Below, one piece after another: positions 49,083 to 61,071 of a stretch of 64,000 nucleotides of DNA. Under the pieces are notes generated by a model. It was not told the DNA's origin, made no database searches, and saw only the letters and a program-made list of their open reading frames with translations. The stretch comes from Paraspadella gotoi (taxonomy: Eukaryota; Animalia; Chaetognatha), in assembly GCA_051294375.1 (NCBI GenBank), contig CM119271.1, positions 6,821,632 through 6,885,631 on the forward strand, written 5' to 3'. The stretch's first letter is position 1. Each line of letters starts with the position of its first letter. A program made the position numbers and the translations under genes.

Positions 49083-52000
49083 TCACTCTTGAGGCGTAAA
49101 CAACTGAATCAATCCCACTTCGTCGGGCGAAACCTCCAACAATGGTTTTTTCTCGGGCTTTTTTTTAATTATCGGTGGCAAATTATTAATCGACATCGTT
49201 GAACGGAAGCGTTGTCCAACGTTCTTCCCGATGACGCTCTCAACGAGATTTTTAAAAATATCCCGCTTCCTTTTATCGTTCGGTGTTTTGCCGTCCTTGG
49301 GAAGAATTTTCCCGTTGAACTCCTTGATCTTACGTTCGCTAACATCAGGGACTTTGCCGAGTGCCGCCACTAAAGAATTTTGGTGTGTCGGAGCCATGGC
49401 TTCGTAAAACTGAAGGCCGAGAGTAAGGAGGTTCGCCTGAAGCGCGTCGTGCTGCCCGTTTTCGAAGAGACCCTTAAGAATATCCATAAAAAGCTTCTCC
49501 ACAACCTCATTCGGCAGCGTGACTCGAGACACAATTTCCTTGACGAGAGGTAACGCCAAGTTGGCGCATTTGCCGCAGGTCGCCGTGTCTTTCCAACTCA
49601 AAGCCTGAAACGCCAGAAACAAAACGGAGGTGCATAGTGCCTCTTCCTGACAAACCATCTTCCCAATCTCGCCGATGGGGGAATCAACAGACTTCGCTGG
49701 CGCTGAGTCGACGACCCCATCGTCCCCCTCCATGGCGGCGTCGCCTTCGTTCGCTTCCTCCGATCGGGCCGTCGTTTTTTCGAAGCAGATAAGCAGAAGC
49801 AGATCCAAATATTCGCGAGTGAGTAATCGGACGACGGCTTCGTCGACGACCTCGTCGTTCGTCACTTCCGGCGCGTTATCATCCCCAGAATTCTCTCGGC
49901 CATTAATGGTCTCCCACTCGACGACTAGTCGGCGGGTCAGGAATGGGCAAAATGAGCGTAAAATGGTCAGAGCTACTTGAGGGTGGCCGCGAGGCAAGTT
50001 TTGAAAAAATGGTCTTAAGAAGTAGCGCACGATTAGTCTAATTCGATAATTAGGAACCAATTCGAGATCGAAAAATACGTTTGAGTCGATAAAAGACGGG
50101 AGTCCTTCGAGCATGTAGTATTGTTGCCCCAAGGATCCGCCGCATATGCCAAGGATTTGGCAGCCTGTATCGTAGATAGCGAGACAAAACTGCTGGAGCC
50201 GCTCTTGGGGATTTTTGGGAGCTCCAAAGGACTCATGGACCGAAACGTCGACGACGCTAGCGGGCGATGTAGTAATTCCCACCAGCTGCTTCTTCTCTCC
50301 TTCTGGAAGCGACAAAGCCCGAGTGTAATCGGGATGAAGACGGGACATCCCAGCATGGGTCCACATGGCGTTAAGATTCCGCAACATAAGGCAAACGTTT
50401 TTGAGCAAAGGAATTACGTGCGGCGTTGCTGGATTTCGAAAAATAGCTCCCGACGGTTCAGCGAGGCCGTCCACGACGAATCCGTTATCCCTAGCCAGCG
50501 AAAGATTTTCTGATACCTTAGATATCACACTGGCAGTTCTTGTCACAACTCCTCTGATCATGTTTAGACAGAGGACGATATTAGATCTGTTAATGCCGCA
50601 GATGTCATCGGCGCTTGGTTCAGACGCCGGCTGATCTAGCCCGACGTAGGTCATAAACTTATGCGGAGGATGATTATCTTCAAACGCGAGGAGCATTTCC
50701 TCCGACTGCCATAGTCGACGTATAGGTTCGAGGACACTGCTTAGGAAGGCACTTTGCTTGTCAAAATTTTCGAATCGGTTGGAGATCAGAATGAGTGCTT
50801 CGTATAGAGTAACTTTCTCCATTTGAGATAATTGGCCGGAGGCATCAAGATTCGTGATGTAGTCAAAGAGGACTTGGAATTTTGGAAGCATAAAGTCGGC
50901 GTGCTTTTTACAGATAGCGACGAGAGAAGAACAGGCATGGCGACGCAAGTTCTTGGTGGCCCTAGATCGAGTTGCTTTCGTTTGTCCCCCGACATTAAAT
51001 ACGACGGCACTGAACAACTTTTCGAGCGTTGCGAGAAACAAAGGGGCTTCGCAACTTCCGTGAGTCAAGCAAGGAAAGAGTGCTGAGACGCAAGACAACA
51101 TAGAAGAAAAGATGACAGGGTCGTCGGAGGTGACGTCGAGGAGCGATTTTAAGAGATCCATTGCCTTTTGTGTAAGAACTTCGTCGGAAAGATTAATCCT
51201 ACTCATGACGCAGTCCAACAGAGTGGCACATGCGTCCCAGCGTTGAACGTCGTTGGATTTGTTACCGAGATCTCCGATAAGCTTAATGAGCCACTGCGAC
51301 GCAACTTCCACGAGTTCGCGGGGAAAGAATTTTGTTCCTAGCCGAATGTTTTGAGAAACGCTGGCGCGCAGTTTCGCGAAAAACTCGAAAAAGTCGTCGT
51401 CAGAGTCGAAGTCCATTTTGGAGTAAGTGCAGGAAGGATGATCATTGGCAGAGGGAAACCCGACGCGAATTAGTTTTGAAGGCAGACCCTTCATCAGTCG
51501 CGGAAGAACATCAAGGAAGTACGAGTCACGAGAAATTAAATTATGACCGAGAAAACTGGACCACAACGGCATCGCCAAGTTGTTAAGCACGTGACTGTCG
51601 TGGAGAGAAAATTCGACCAAAGATGAGAGAAAGATCTGAAAATTTTCTGGTGGAGTTTGGACGTCAACCTCGGAGGAACCCCATAAAACGATCAATTGGC
51701 CTCCAAGCGCAACGAGCACTTGGCAAAGGCGTTTGAGGAAAAGGAAGTTACGTTCGTCCGTCGGGTGGGCGGTCTCCATGACTGCGCGAAGGATGGCGCG
51801 CATGGAATCTGCGCGGAAGACAAAAGGCACGAAAGGCGACCGCTCGGCGTGCTTTCCTTTCCGACCAACAATTAAAAGAAGCACCTCCACGGCGTTTTGT
51901 CGTAATTGCGTCTCCGACAAAAGCTCACATAACATCCGCAGTAGCAGAGCATCGTGTCTGACAAGGTATTCAACCGGAATCCATTCCACGTAGCCACTGA

Positions 52001-52700
52001 GGGTCCTCAAAACAACCGACGAGATTTGGCACGCGGCTTTACAAACATTTTCATCAAAATTTTTTTCCCTTTTAGTTTTGTATAAGTGAACATAACGGTT
52101 CAACAACTCCAAAAGAAAGTCAAAAATCTGACTCATGTTCTGAGTCAAAGCCTGTTGAAGCTCTCTTCTGCGTTGGCTGGGAAGATTTTGAAAAACGACC
52201 ACATCCTCCGCCAAACGAAGAAGTATGTAAAGAACGAGTTCTGTTTGAGTATCACCTAATGCTGCTAGCTGTTCCAATTCTTGCAACATCAAAGGCCATT
52301 GTTGTGGCCACTCACGTTTGATAATTTCAACAATGAGTCGAGAGAGTGCGTCCTTGATGTGTGCCGGTTCCACCAGCAACGCGTTAGTTCCATTGGCCAT
52401 CAACGTCATGGCGCTGTTCTTCACGAACACTTTGTCTTCGATGCTCATATTATTCCACTGAAACTTGATGCTATGCTCAAAGAGTTGCAATCCGAAATGG
52501 CGTACCATAGGGGAAAAGGATTTTCCTGCGAGGACCATTCCACAAGGACCACAATTAGGAGAGGACTCTTTAAAACGTTCGCAAAGGAGGTACGCTTGTT
52601 GTCGAATCTCCATCGAGAGAGAGGATGACGGATCGAGAGCCGTTTCTACCGCCGAGGCAAGCTGTTGCACGGTTTCAGGGTCGACGTTCATTTGGCTCAT
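49083..52700 (-). CDS. XPO5: Exportin-5, intronless
   Basis: 1205-aa ORF: VRHFGLQLFEHSIKFQWN, HIKDALSRLIVEIIKREWPQQWP, LLRLAEDV, RRHACSSLV, C-terminal VIGKNVGQRF. Confidence 0.95.
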   Translation of the reverse strand: MSQMNVDPETVQQLASAVETALDPSSSLSMEIRQQAYLLCERFKESSPNCGPCGMVLAGKSFSPMVRHFGLQLFEHSIKFQWNNMSIEDKVFVKNSAMTLMANGTNALLVEPAHIKDALSRLIVEIIKREWPQQWPLMLQELEQLAALGDTQTELVLYILLRLAEDVVVFQNLPSQRRRELQQALTQNMSQIFDFLLELLNRYVHLYKTKREKNFDENVCKAACQISSVVLRTLSGYVEWIPVEYLVRHDALLLRMLCELLSETQLRQNAVEVLLLIVGRKGKHAERSPFVPFVFRADSMRAILRAVMETAHPTDERNFLFLKRLCQVLVALGGQLIVLWGSSEVDVQTPPENFQIFLSSLVEFSLHDSHVLNNLAMPLWSSFLGHNLISRDSYFLDVLPRLMKGLPSKLIRVGFPSANDHPSCTYSKMDFDSDDDFFEFFAKLRASVSQNIRLGTKFFPRELVEVASQWLIKLIGDLGNKSNDVQRWDACATLLDCVMSRINLSDEVLTQKAMDLLKSLLDVTSDDPVIFSSMLSCVSALFPCLTHGSCEAPLFLATLEKLFSAVVFNVGGQTKATRSRATKNLRRHACSSLVAICKKHADFMLPKFQVLFDYITNLDASGQLSQMEKVTLYEALILISNRFENFDKQSAFLSSVLEPIRRLWQSEEMLLAFEDNHPPHKFMTYVGLDQPASEPSADDICGINRSNIVLCLNMIRGVVTRTASVISKVSENLSLARDNGFVVDGLAEPSGAIFRNPATPHVIPLLKNVCLMLRNLNAMWTHAGMSRLHPDYTRALSLPEGEKKQLVGITTSPASVVDVSVHESFGAPKNPQERLQQFCLAIYDTGCQILGICGGSLGQQYYMLEGLPSFIDSNVFFDLELVPNYRIRLIVRYFLRPFFQNLPRGHPQVALTILRSFCPFLTRRLVVEWETINGRENSGDDNAPEVTNDEVVDEAVVRLLTREYLDLLLLICFEKTTARSEEANEGDAAMEGDDGVVDSAPAKSVDSPIGEIGKMVCQEEALCTSVLFLAFQALSWKDTATCGKCANLALPLVKEIVSRVTLPNEVVEKLFMDILKGLFENGQHDALQANLLTLGLQFYEAMAPTHQNSLVAALGKVPDVSERKIKEFNGKILPKDGKTPNDKRKRDIFKNLVESVIGKNVGQRFRSTMSINNLPPIIKKKPEKKPLLEVSPDEVGLIQLFTPQE

Positions 52701-52993
52701 TTTTTTCTTTCACAGATTAGGCCTACTGTTTATCACAGATCTGAAAATTTTCAAAAACGTAACAATAACGGGTTTCCTTATATGAAAGGATTTTATTATT
52801 AAAACAATCAATAAATCAATTCAATCTAATGACCTTCGATAAATACGTGGGAAATGAGGAACTCTGTTCTTTTTAGGTTAAACTAATACTATAAAAACTC
52901 GAGAAATATAGGCTTAGATCCCTAGACTTTAAATCTGGACAATCCAATCTAGAAATCCCCCACTCGAATATTTATCACAGTTGCTAACAACGT

Positions 52994-55900
52994 TCACATG
53001 TCTTTCTCTCTTTTCACATGCTCGTATATTTTCTCAAAAAGGCTTCGAGAAACCTTTCCTCCGGAACTCTCAACTAGTTCATTAAACACTTTCTCTTTCA
53101 TCGCCGCTTCTTCTCGAGTTTTTCTTTCGTTCTCTTCCTCTTCGTTTTCCTCCGTCTCGCGCGCTTCCACATCGATCCAACTCCCTCCAGAATTTTCCTG
53201 CAAATACACATTAAGTTTTTCTTTCCGTCCCTCGGCGCTTTTAGACCGCGACGCTTTCTCGGCGAACTCCTTGACTTCCTTCATTCTTTTGAGAGGATCC
53301 GGCTTTGCGCTATTTTTCCTCTTCTGCATTAGTATTTTGGTAATGTTGATTATGCCGAGGCTGATCATTTCCGTCAGCTCTTGCTGCAAGTCGCGGACCA
53401 TGGTGGCGTCGGGAAATTGATCTGCAAATCGGAGACTCAACCAGAGATACATGTCGCATACGTCGTACACGCACTCCATGTGAGCCAATTGCACGATAGT
53501 TTCCGGAGTTTTAAGCGGCCAACCCAAGTGTTCCGCGAACCAGTTAAACGTGATAGGTTCGTTATTGGAAAATTGGCGGGAAATTTTGAGAAACATGGCG
53601 CAAGCGAAAGGTTCTTTTTGAGAAATAGGCGAACAGCAAAGTACATATTTCTGTTTGATAGGGATCGGAATGTGCTGAATTGTATCGGCGAAAAACTTTA
53701 GATCCTCAAGGTTGCACATGAAAAACATGTCGTCGTCTAGTTTTGAGAGTGACATGAAGACGTCTATGAGGTTGGATAGGCTAGCTTCGGGAAGATGAAA
53801 AGCAAAGAGTTCCAGCTGATCCGCTGTCGGGTTGAGACCAACTTGTCTGACTGATTCCACAGGAGACTCCAGCAACTGCCTTATGTAGGCCAAATCGTTA
53901 TCCGACATCGCCGAAACATAGCCGTGTGGAAATTGAGTTCTGAAACGGCCGGCGCGCCCGGCTATTTGTTTGGCGTGAGTGGTACTGAGTTTCTCCATAG
54001 TTTTCTCGCCTTAAGTAATGAAAACAGTTTTTATTATGATCGATGACTGGTGAAAAAAGGGAATAATTGACAAAATACTCACCAGTTTCTAATAAAGTTG
54101 GTTTCAAAAGGGTGTTAAAAATGACTCTCCGAATGTTGAGGTTGAGGCCCATTCCGATGGCGTCGGTTGCGACCAGAACTTTGCAAGGATTTTCGGGGTC
54201 ATTGAAGATTTCCGATTGTTTTTTCTTAACTTCAGGTGGGAGGCCACCGTAAATGACTGCACTCTGAACGCCTAATCTATCCAATCGACGCGAAATGTCA
54301 TAGAGTTCGCTTTTACTGAAGGCCACCACAGCGTCGCCTGAAACAACATAGCAAAAATGTTTTTTTTAGAAAAAAATAATGTTTTGAAAACATTTTCAGA
54401 TTCAAGTACCTGGACGCACATCACTATAAGACTGCATGGGCTGAGACTCAATGGTCAAAGGAGTTAACCTGTCGTATTTTCTAATCTCCACTTCATCGCC
54501 GGTCATTAGCATTAACTTTTGGACAACTGTAGAGTAGAATGTAGAATGTATGTAGCTTAATTAAACGCTGAAGCCAACCCGCTTAAGAATATTCGAATCA
54601 TACTCTCAATGGCCGAGGCGTCGCCGCAAAGATGAACCTCGTCGGCGGCGATGCCAAGAAGCGCCCGCGTCCACGCCCACCCGCGTTGCAGATCCGCCAG
54701 CATTTGGATCTCGTCAATGACGGCGACTTTGAAATAAGAGTTCGTCGGCGCCATTTCAACAGTGCACGACACGTGCGAGCAGGGAGTCCCGTCCTGATAA
54801 TCAGTTATCTCTGAGATTCATTACGGGAGTGAGGAAAGTAAATGTGTATAGTGCATAAAGCAGCAACATCATACATTTCGTTTATAGAAAAAAATACTTT
54901 TGTGATCTAATCCAAGATAGATGTACGACAGACGTAGTTACGTAAGTAATTTTAGATTTTATTTCTCGTACTATTTCGTAATTTTTTATAACAAATCCAT
55001 CAAAGTGTTGCGCCGCAATGACTTTCTTACGCGGACGCATTTCCCGAGTATGAAACCTGCACAACAAGCAATGCTTGTCAAGCATCTTATCTTCTTAAAC
55101 AACCCAACACGGCATTTCCTTTCTGATCACGTGACCGTAGTTCTGCATGATCACGTAACTATACAAATATGTAACATATGAAATACTGAAGCATTTCTTA
55201 ATTTGCATGAATTTCCGGTCATATGATTGATTTTTCAGATTATCACGTGACTACAAGTACTACTATGAAACATATACACATTAAAGGACTCATGGTTCAT
55301 CTGAACTTAACTGATGAAGTATTACCCAAGTTATGTTAATTCAAAACATAAGTGGGAAAATCAGACGGACAGACAGACATACCGGCCAACTGACGCCCAA
55401 GAAAACTAACTCGTCAAATACCTACTTCATTGTGGAACATTTGGCACTCGCCAGTGACCAGATCGCAAGGAGTGTTATTCGCGTTGCTCTTGTGAAAAAT
55501 CTCAGAAGCCAGCATCCTCAAAGGGCCACAATATATGCCCGTTCGAGCGGTAAGAAAATTTTCAATGGCGTGGTGCGTCTTCCCGCTGTTCGTCGGGCCC
55601 GCGTGATAGATTATCTTTCGCGAGATCCCTCTTGCTTCGGAATACCAATTAGAGGGTCGGCGGAGGTCGCATATGCTCAGTAACTCCTCCATGCAGACGA
55701 GATGCGGGAACATCTTCGTGGCGTGCTGATAAAAGTATGGAAATAAGTCGTCGACGTGCCCTTCGCCGTTAATGATGTCGCTCAACGTCACGTGTAGTTC
55801 GATGGGCAGCAACTCGGAATTGACGCAGAATTCCCGAAAACTGTAGGGTTTAAAACATTTTCACTTTCGGGTTATGCTACAAATACTGGCATCAATATCG

Positions 55901-56431
55901 TCGCCTAATTTTAGTTATTAACTCATACATAAGTCATACTCGTAATTCAAACAAGCATAACCTCCCTCACTTCATGTAAGATTTGGTCAAGATCTTCTCG
56001 TCCATTCCCCTCTGCTTCGCCAAACTCGACGTCGTTGATTTTCGGAAGAAGTTAATGAGAACTTTGAGAACGGCGGCCTTGTCCAATTTGCCGGCCAACT
56101 CCTCGCCAACGTTGATGTCGTCTTCGGTGAGCGACTTTGGCTTGACAACGACGGGTTTGATGATGTCTGCGAAGGTCTGTTTCGACAAATCTCTTGGTGT
56201 TTCTTTTTTATTTTGCGATTTCCCGACGGATCCAGAGAAAATTTTGTCGATGCCCTCGTCGAAGGTCCGCATTGGAGCTCCGCTGGATGGAGAGTGTCGA
56301 CGACGGCGAGAGAGGCACTGAGCGGTGGTGAGAGAGCGGGTCGCCCGCTCCGACCATGGTGAATGGGAACTAATTCGCCGAAAGGGAGATCCGCAACGAA
56401 TGCAGGTCGAACGACGTAGTTGCGAAAGCAT
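52994..56431 (-). CDS. SUPV3L1: Mitochondrial Suv3 RNA helicase, multi-exon
   Basis: [73 protein letters not shown]. Confidence 0.96.
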
Positions 56432-56770
56432 TGTACCGCTACTCTTTCTCCCCCAGAGGAGAGAAACTATAAATAAAATGGCAAAAATATACGTATATCA
56501 ATTTATAGAAATCCATTGTCTTGAAATAAATTTATGAACACGAATGCGGGGAAAGATGAAAACGAATTCTAAATCATGATTTACGCAAGACTCCGAAAAA
56601 CATTGAATGAAAAAAAAATTGTAAAAATTTATGAAACTAGAAAAAAAATCGATCGATTTGGCAAAAAAAAAAAGTGGAATCATAGTCAAAGATAATGAGA
56701 TACCTAAGTCTAAAAAAACTATCCGTTAATGCAATTAATGGCAAGTAATAAAAACGCTAAAACCCATGTT

Positions 56771-57247
56771 TCACATGTTGAGGGAAGAGTTAGAGTCCTC
56801 GTTGGATTGGCTGGAAAGGGTAGAGCACTGAGAGTCTTCGTTGTGCAATAAAACGGATGAAGGTCCGCGACCGTTGGTAGGCGTGGCTGTTCCTCCGGTA
56901 CCGTGTCCGTTGCTTCGGGGCGTAGATGGCGAGTTGGGACCGGTGGAAGCTACATTATTTGAAATGGCGGTCAACGGAAGATTCTGATTCAACGAGAACT
57001 TCTCTCCCTCCTTCTTACCTTTGGTGGCGGTTCCCGACCCAAGTCCTTGCTTGAGGACGTCTCTTTGGAACCCGTTATCGCCGGTCATGGCGATCGGAAC
57101 CCATTTGTAGATCTTCATGGTAGTTTCGCCTATCGTCACCCACTTTTTCTCCCATTTCCGAACTTTGCCGAAAGATTGTTTGACCTTTTTCACTTCGTCC
57201 TTCGCCCGGGCTCGAGTCTCCGCCCGAACGGCGCGAGAAAGAGACAT
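56771..57247 (-). CDS. BCL7: BCL7 family (BAF complex) protein, intronless
   Basis: [19 protein letters not shown]...[24 protein letters not shown]. Confidence 0.93.
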   Translation of the reverse strand: MSLSRAVRAETRARAKDEVKKVKQSFGKVRKWEKKWVTIGETTMKIYKWVPIAMTGDNGFQRDVLKQGLGSGTATKGKKEGEKFSLNQNLPLTAISNNVASTGPNSPSTPRSNGHGTGGTATPTNGRGPSSVLLHNEDSQCSTLSSQSNEDSNSSLNM

Positions 57248-57782
57248 CGTCTTTCGTTTGGTTTGGCTTTTTTTATCGAAACCAACACTCAGCTGTTAGT
57301 TTAGTATTTCGTCGCACAATTTAAAACCTGCAAAAATTTTTTATAAAAACGCACAAATGCATATTAGTATGTAGATGTCAATATTTTGTCTGTCCAAACT
57401 AAAAAAATTTGGATAGCTACAATCATAAAAGAAAATTAATTTTTTTTCATGACAAACAGATCTGAAATAAACCTTTTCTTCAGTGGGCGTCAATCAAAAT
57501 TACTATTCACGCCTCATGATTAATAACGATTGCATGTATAATATATGTAAAACTATAACCAACTATAAAATAAAGTTAATATCTCTCGCCAACTAATGTA
57601 CTTAATACCAATAAAATGAAACTATAAAAAAAACGAAAGAAAGAGAAAATAAAGTTATGATAAAAAATGTATTAAACAAGATTCATCCTCTTTCTTTCAA
57701 ACTAATTAATTCGAGCTCATTTGCCGTTGGAATTGAATAGTCTGAGACTAGTAGTCTCCCAGAAAGGTAACAAAATAACGAC

Positions 57783-59444
57783 TCAAGCCTTTGCCTCCGG
57801 CTGATACACTTCATAGAGTACATACTCTTCCATGAAGGACGGCGCGTATATGGTGCGGGCCTTGAACTTAAGTCCCAGGGCGGCGATGTCGGCTTCGACG
57901 CGCTTGTGGTAATCCTTGGCATTGAGGCAATTGCCGCGAGCCAGGAATTTGCCCGTCCCCTTTCTCAAGACCTTCAACGAAAGCTCGAGAATGAGATTGT
58001 TAGTGACGAAGTCGTAGCCAAATCCCTTGATAGCCTTTTCGACGGGATACTCGGTAAGATCATTGATAACGAAGTCGACCTGAGAGTGTCCAAAATACTC
58101 GTTGTTTAAAAAGAGTTCTCACGAAACGAGGATCGTTATAAATGAAACCAGAAGACCTTTTTTCCTTGATCAGCAAATTCCTGAAGAACCTTAACGCAAT
58201 CGTCCAAAACTATCTCGTAGTTATCGCCTTTCAATTTGTCCAGAGAGTCGCCGCAAACTCCTCGCAGATGTTGTCGACAAGCCTTGATGACTTCGAGATC
58301 GATCTGATACCAGAATATTTTATTTTATTTTCAATTTGGAAAAAAAAATAGATGAACCATACCTCCGCCATGGTGATAAATTTAGGATTTTCCTTCTGCA
58401 ATTCGTGAAGAATCCCGCCGTCCCCACCGCCCAAAATCAAAACTTCCTTATTTTGATAATTCTCTTTGTGCATATCTTGATTGTCTCCAATGCCGCACAA
58501 TACGGTAGTGTAGATCAAATCGCTTTCTGTATAATCGTCAATGGCCAAGTTTATTTTAAAATCAATACAAAAAAATAAAGGGCTTCAGTCCTGACCCCCT
58601 AACATGACGTCGTCGTCCAGCACCAAGATGTTGCCGTTGCTTGGCGAGTGGACGATCTTAATATTTTGGTAAGTGGAGTCAGAGTCGAAGATGATTTCGT
58701 CCCAGTCGGTCTCGATTATGCGATGATCAGCGAGTATGTTGTAACTCCAAACCTTCGTCCCACGCCGAATCCCTTGGAAATGAGGTTGTCGCGTTGTGAA
58801 AAGTAGAGGGGACAAGAACTTTCTTTATTCCACAAATATTACCTGAGTTGAGGATATTACATTCCCTGATTTCGTTAATTTCAAAGCCCTTCAAGAATCG
58901 AGCCTGATATTCCCTGCTAGTTTCTAAAGTGAAGTTTTTGAGGCTAGTGAATTGCACTTCGACGTTGATTAGCCCGTCGGAGTAGAATTTGATGGTGGCG
59001 TGACTCCCGTCCTGAATAAATGAAGATTTTGTAATTTGTCATTTAGTGCTCCCACTTTTTTTTACGCTCAAGAAACAATGTGGATTTCTATCTGAAAATA
59101 TAAAAAAAAAACAATTGAATTTAACAAAAATATTTGTACACGGACAATGGCAACAGATTTGTTAGGTTTTATTACCTAATCCATGACAGTAAATAAAATC
59201 ATCTCCCTCTTCGACTTACGCAGGACACTGAAATCACCTCAACATGATAAAGAATCATAGCGACGGCGCGGGATTTCGGCCCCGAGAGGTCGATGAATTT
59301 TTTTGAGATCTCTCGCTCTGCTTCGTCCAACAGAAACAGTTTGCGACGGATGTCGTCGAATCGTTTTTCGATCCTCCTAAAATCTTTGATCATATCGGGG
59401 TCCACCCTCATGTAGAACACCATCGTGTCAGTGACAACTGCCAT
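57783..59444 (-). CDS. SMS: Spermine synthase, multi-exon
   Basis: [24 protein letters not shown]|[48 protein letters not shown], plus a metazoan-type N-terminal domain. Confidence 0.9.
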
Positions 59445-59832
59445 TTTCTTTTGACTGATAAACGTTCAAGTCGGTCCAACGATTCTTCGATGAAACGTAA
59501 AGCAAATTAATAGAAGAGAAGAGAAAGGTTCGAGCACATCTCCTGAAATGTATCGCTCTTCCTCCTCGCCAACAGAAATGAAAAGACTGGTGAGGTATTG
59601 TGAAGGTGTTTGCGCCAAACAACCAGTTACAGCTAATTTGTTAGTAGCCATTCGTTATTACCGAGAAGCTTCAAACCAATAACGTGCAAAATAACAATAA
59701 CGAAAAAAATTAAAACCAAAGTCCACGAGCTTTGCGAGCAAAGATTTTTGGACATCTATGGGGAAAAATTCAAAAACTTGGTAATCAACCTAAAACAAGA
59801 AAAAAAAATCGTACAAAAATCGCCAATTCCGA

Positions 59833-60968
59833 TCAATACACGGAACCGAGATTTTTGGCGAGAACCCACTGGTCGACTTGGTGTCTCAAGTAATTGACGA
59901 TCTCCTCGACCATGGGCCGCCCATTGGAAGCGTTTCTCCGAAAAAAGACCTTTCCGTTTTCGTCCGCGTAGAGGCTGAGGAACGAGGCTCGCTCGCTCGT
60001 CGCGAAGGGCAAAATCTCGATCTCGACGACGTAGGGGAGCGGAGGGACGGACTCTTTGCTGCGCAGGATCTCCACCGCTCGTCGATCGCACCAACAATAC
60101 TCTTCGGAGCGAAAGAGGTGGAACCGGCGTCCGGCGTCGTGATTTTCCCGCGCTACGGGCGCGACCCGGCGAAAAAAATCCATGTCTTCCGTCATCCACT
60201 CGTGGGAAACGACGGGAACGAAGCGAAGATTCCATCGATTCTTTGACGCCGGCGGATCGAATCGCGAAAACAGATCCTCGAGGTTTTTTCTCACGTGTTG
60301 CTTCTGATCCTCTGAAGTGAAAGAAGAAGGATAAAAAATTATGGCCGATAAGGGTAGGGTAAATAATTCTCATCATACCTGTTAAGAGCATTCCCTTGAC
60401 GAATCCATTGTCTAAAACTCCGAGGAAGACCGTGCCTCCGTGAACAGTATTCAAGAAAGCATTGAGGGTGGAAGAAACCGGCTTTCTGGTAGAATCCATC
60501 TCGTCTAATTCGGTCGACTGACTGGATCGGGGACATTCGTCCTTCGCTAGCGAACGATGGCCTGTTGAAAAAAAAATTGAATCTACAGTAGTATCGCTTG
60601 CATGAAAAACTCAAATTTATTAAAAACTAAACTTTTAATAAATCATAATTTGATATGCGTATTGATCGAACCGAACCTTTAAACTCGAAGTAACGGTCCT
60701 CGTCGAAGGGCAATTCTTTATTGCGAACGTAAAACTGTTGACCGTCGGCGTCTTCGACTTTACAGTTAGAGAATCTGTCGACGGTGAGGGTTCCATCTTC
60801 GTTGACCTCTCTGGACCCAACGACGCGGTAATCGACTCGGTCCCCGAAAAACTCAGTCGTATCAACGTGTAATTGATTCACTCGCGACGTGGAACTTGTG
60901 AAAAATGGAGAAACGGTAGAAGACGTGCGAATGTCCCCGTGGGGAATTTTACACGACCATCGCTCCAT
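59833..60968 (-). CDS. Stand-alone Schlafen/AlbA_2 domain protein, three exons
   Basis: LPFDEDRYFEFK|GH, LNAFLNTVHGGTVFLGVLDNGFVKG, LFSRFDPP, YVVEIEI, VFFRRNAS. Confidence 0.8.
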
Positions 60969-61071
60969 GACGGAGTGACTTTGTAACTGTGACTGGAAGA
61001 ATAATTTGTACATTGAATATTTAAAGAAACAAACCACGATAAAATCAAAAGCAAGGCGATCAAAAGGAAAT

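Noticed and set aside
59466-59651. 61-aa ORF upstream of spermine synthase as a regulatory uORF or small gene
   Set aside because: No recognisable motif or coding signal; cannot be supported without conservation or ribosome-profiling data.
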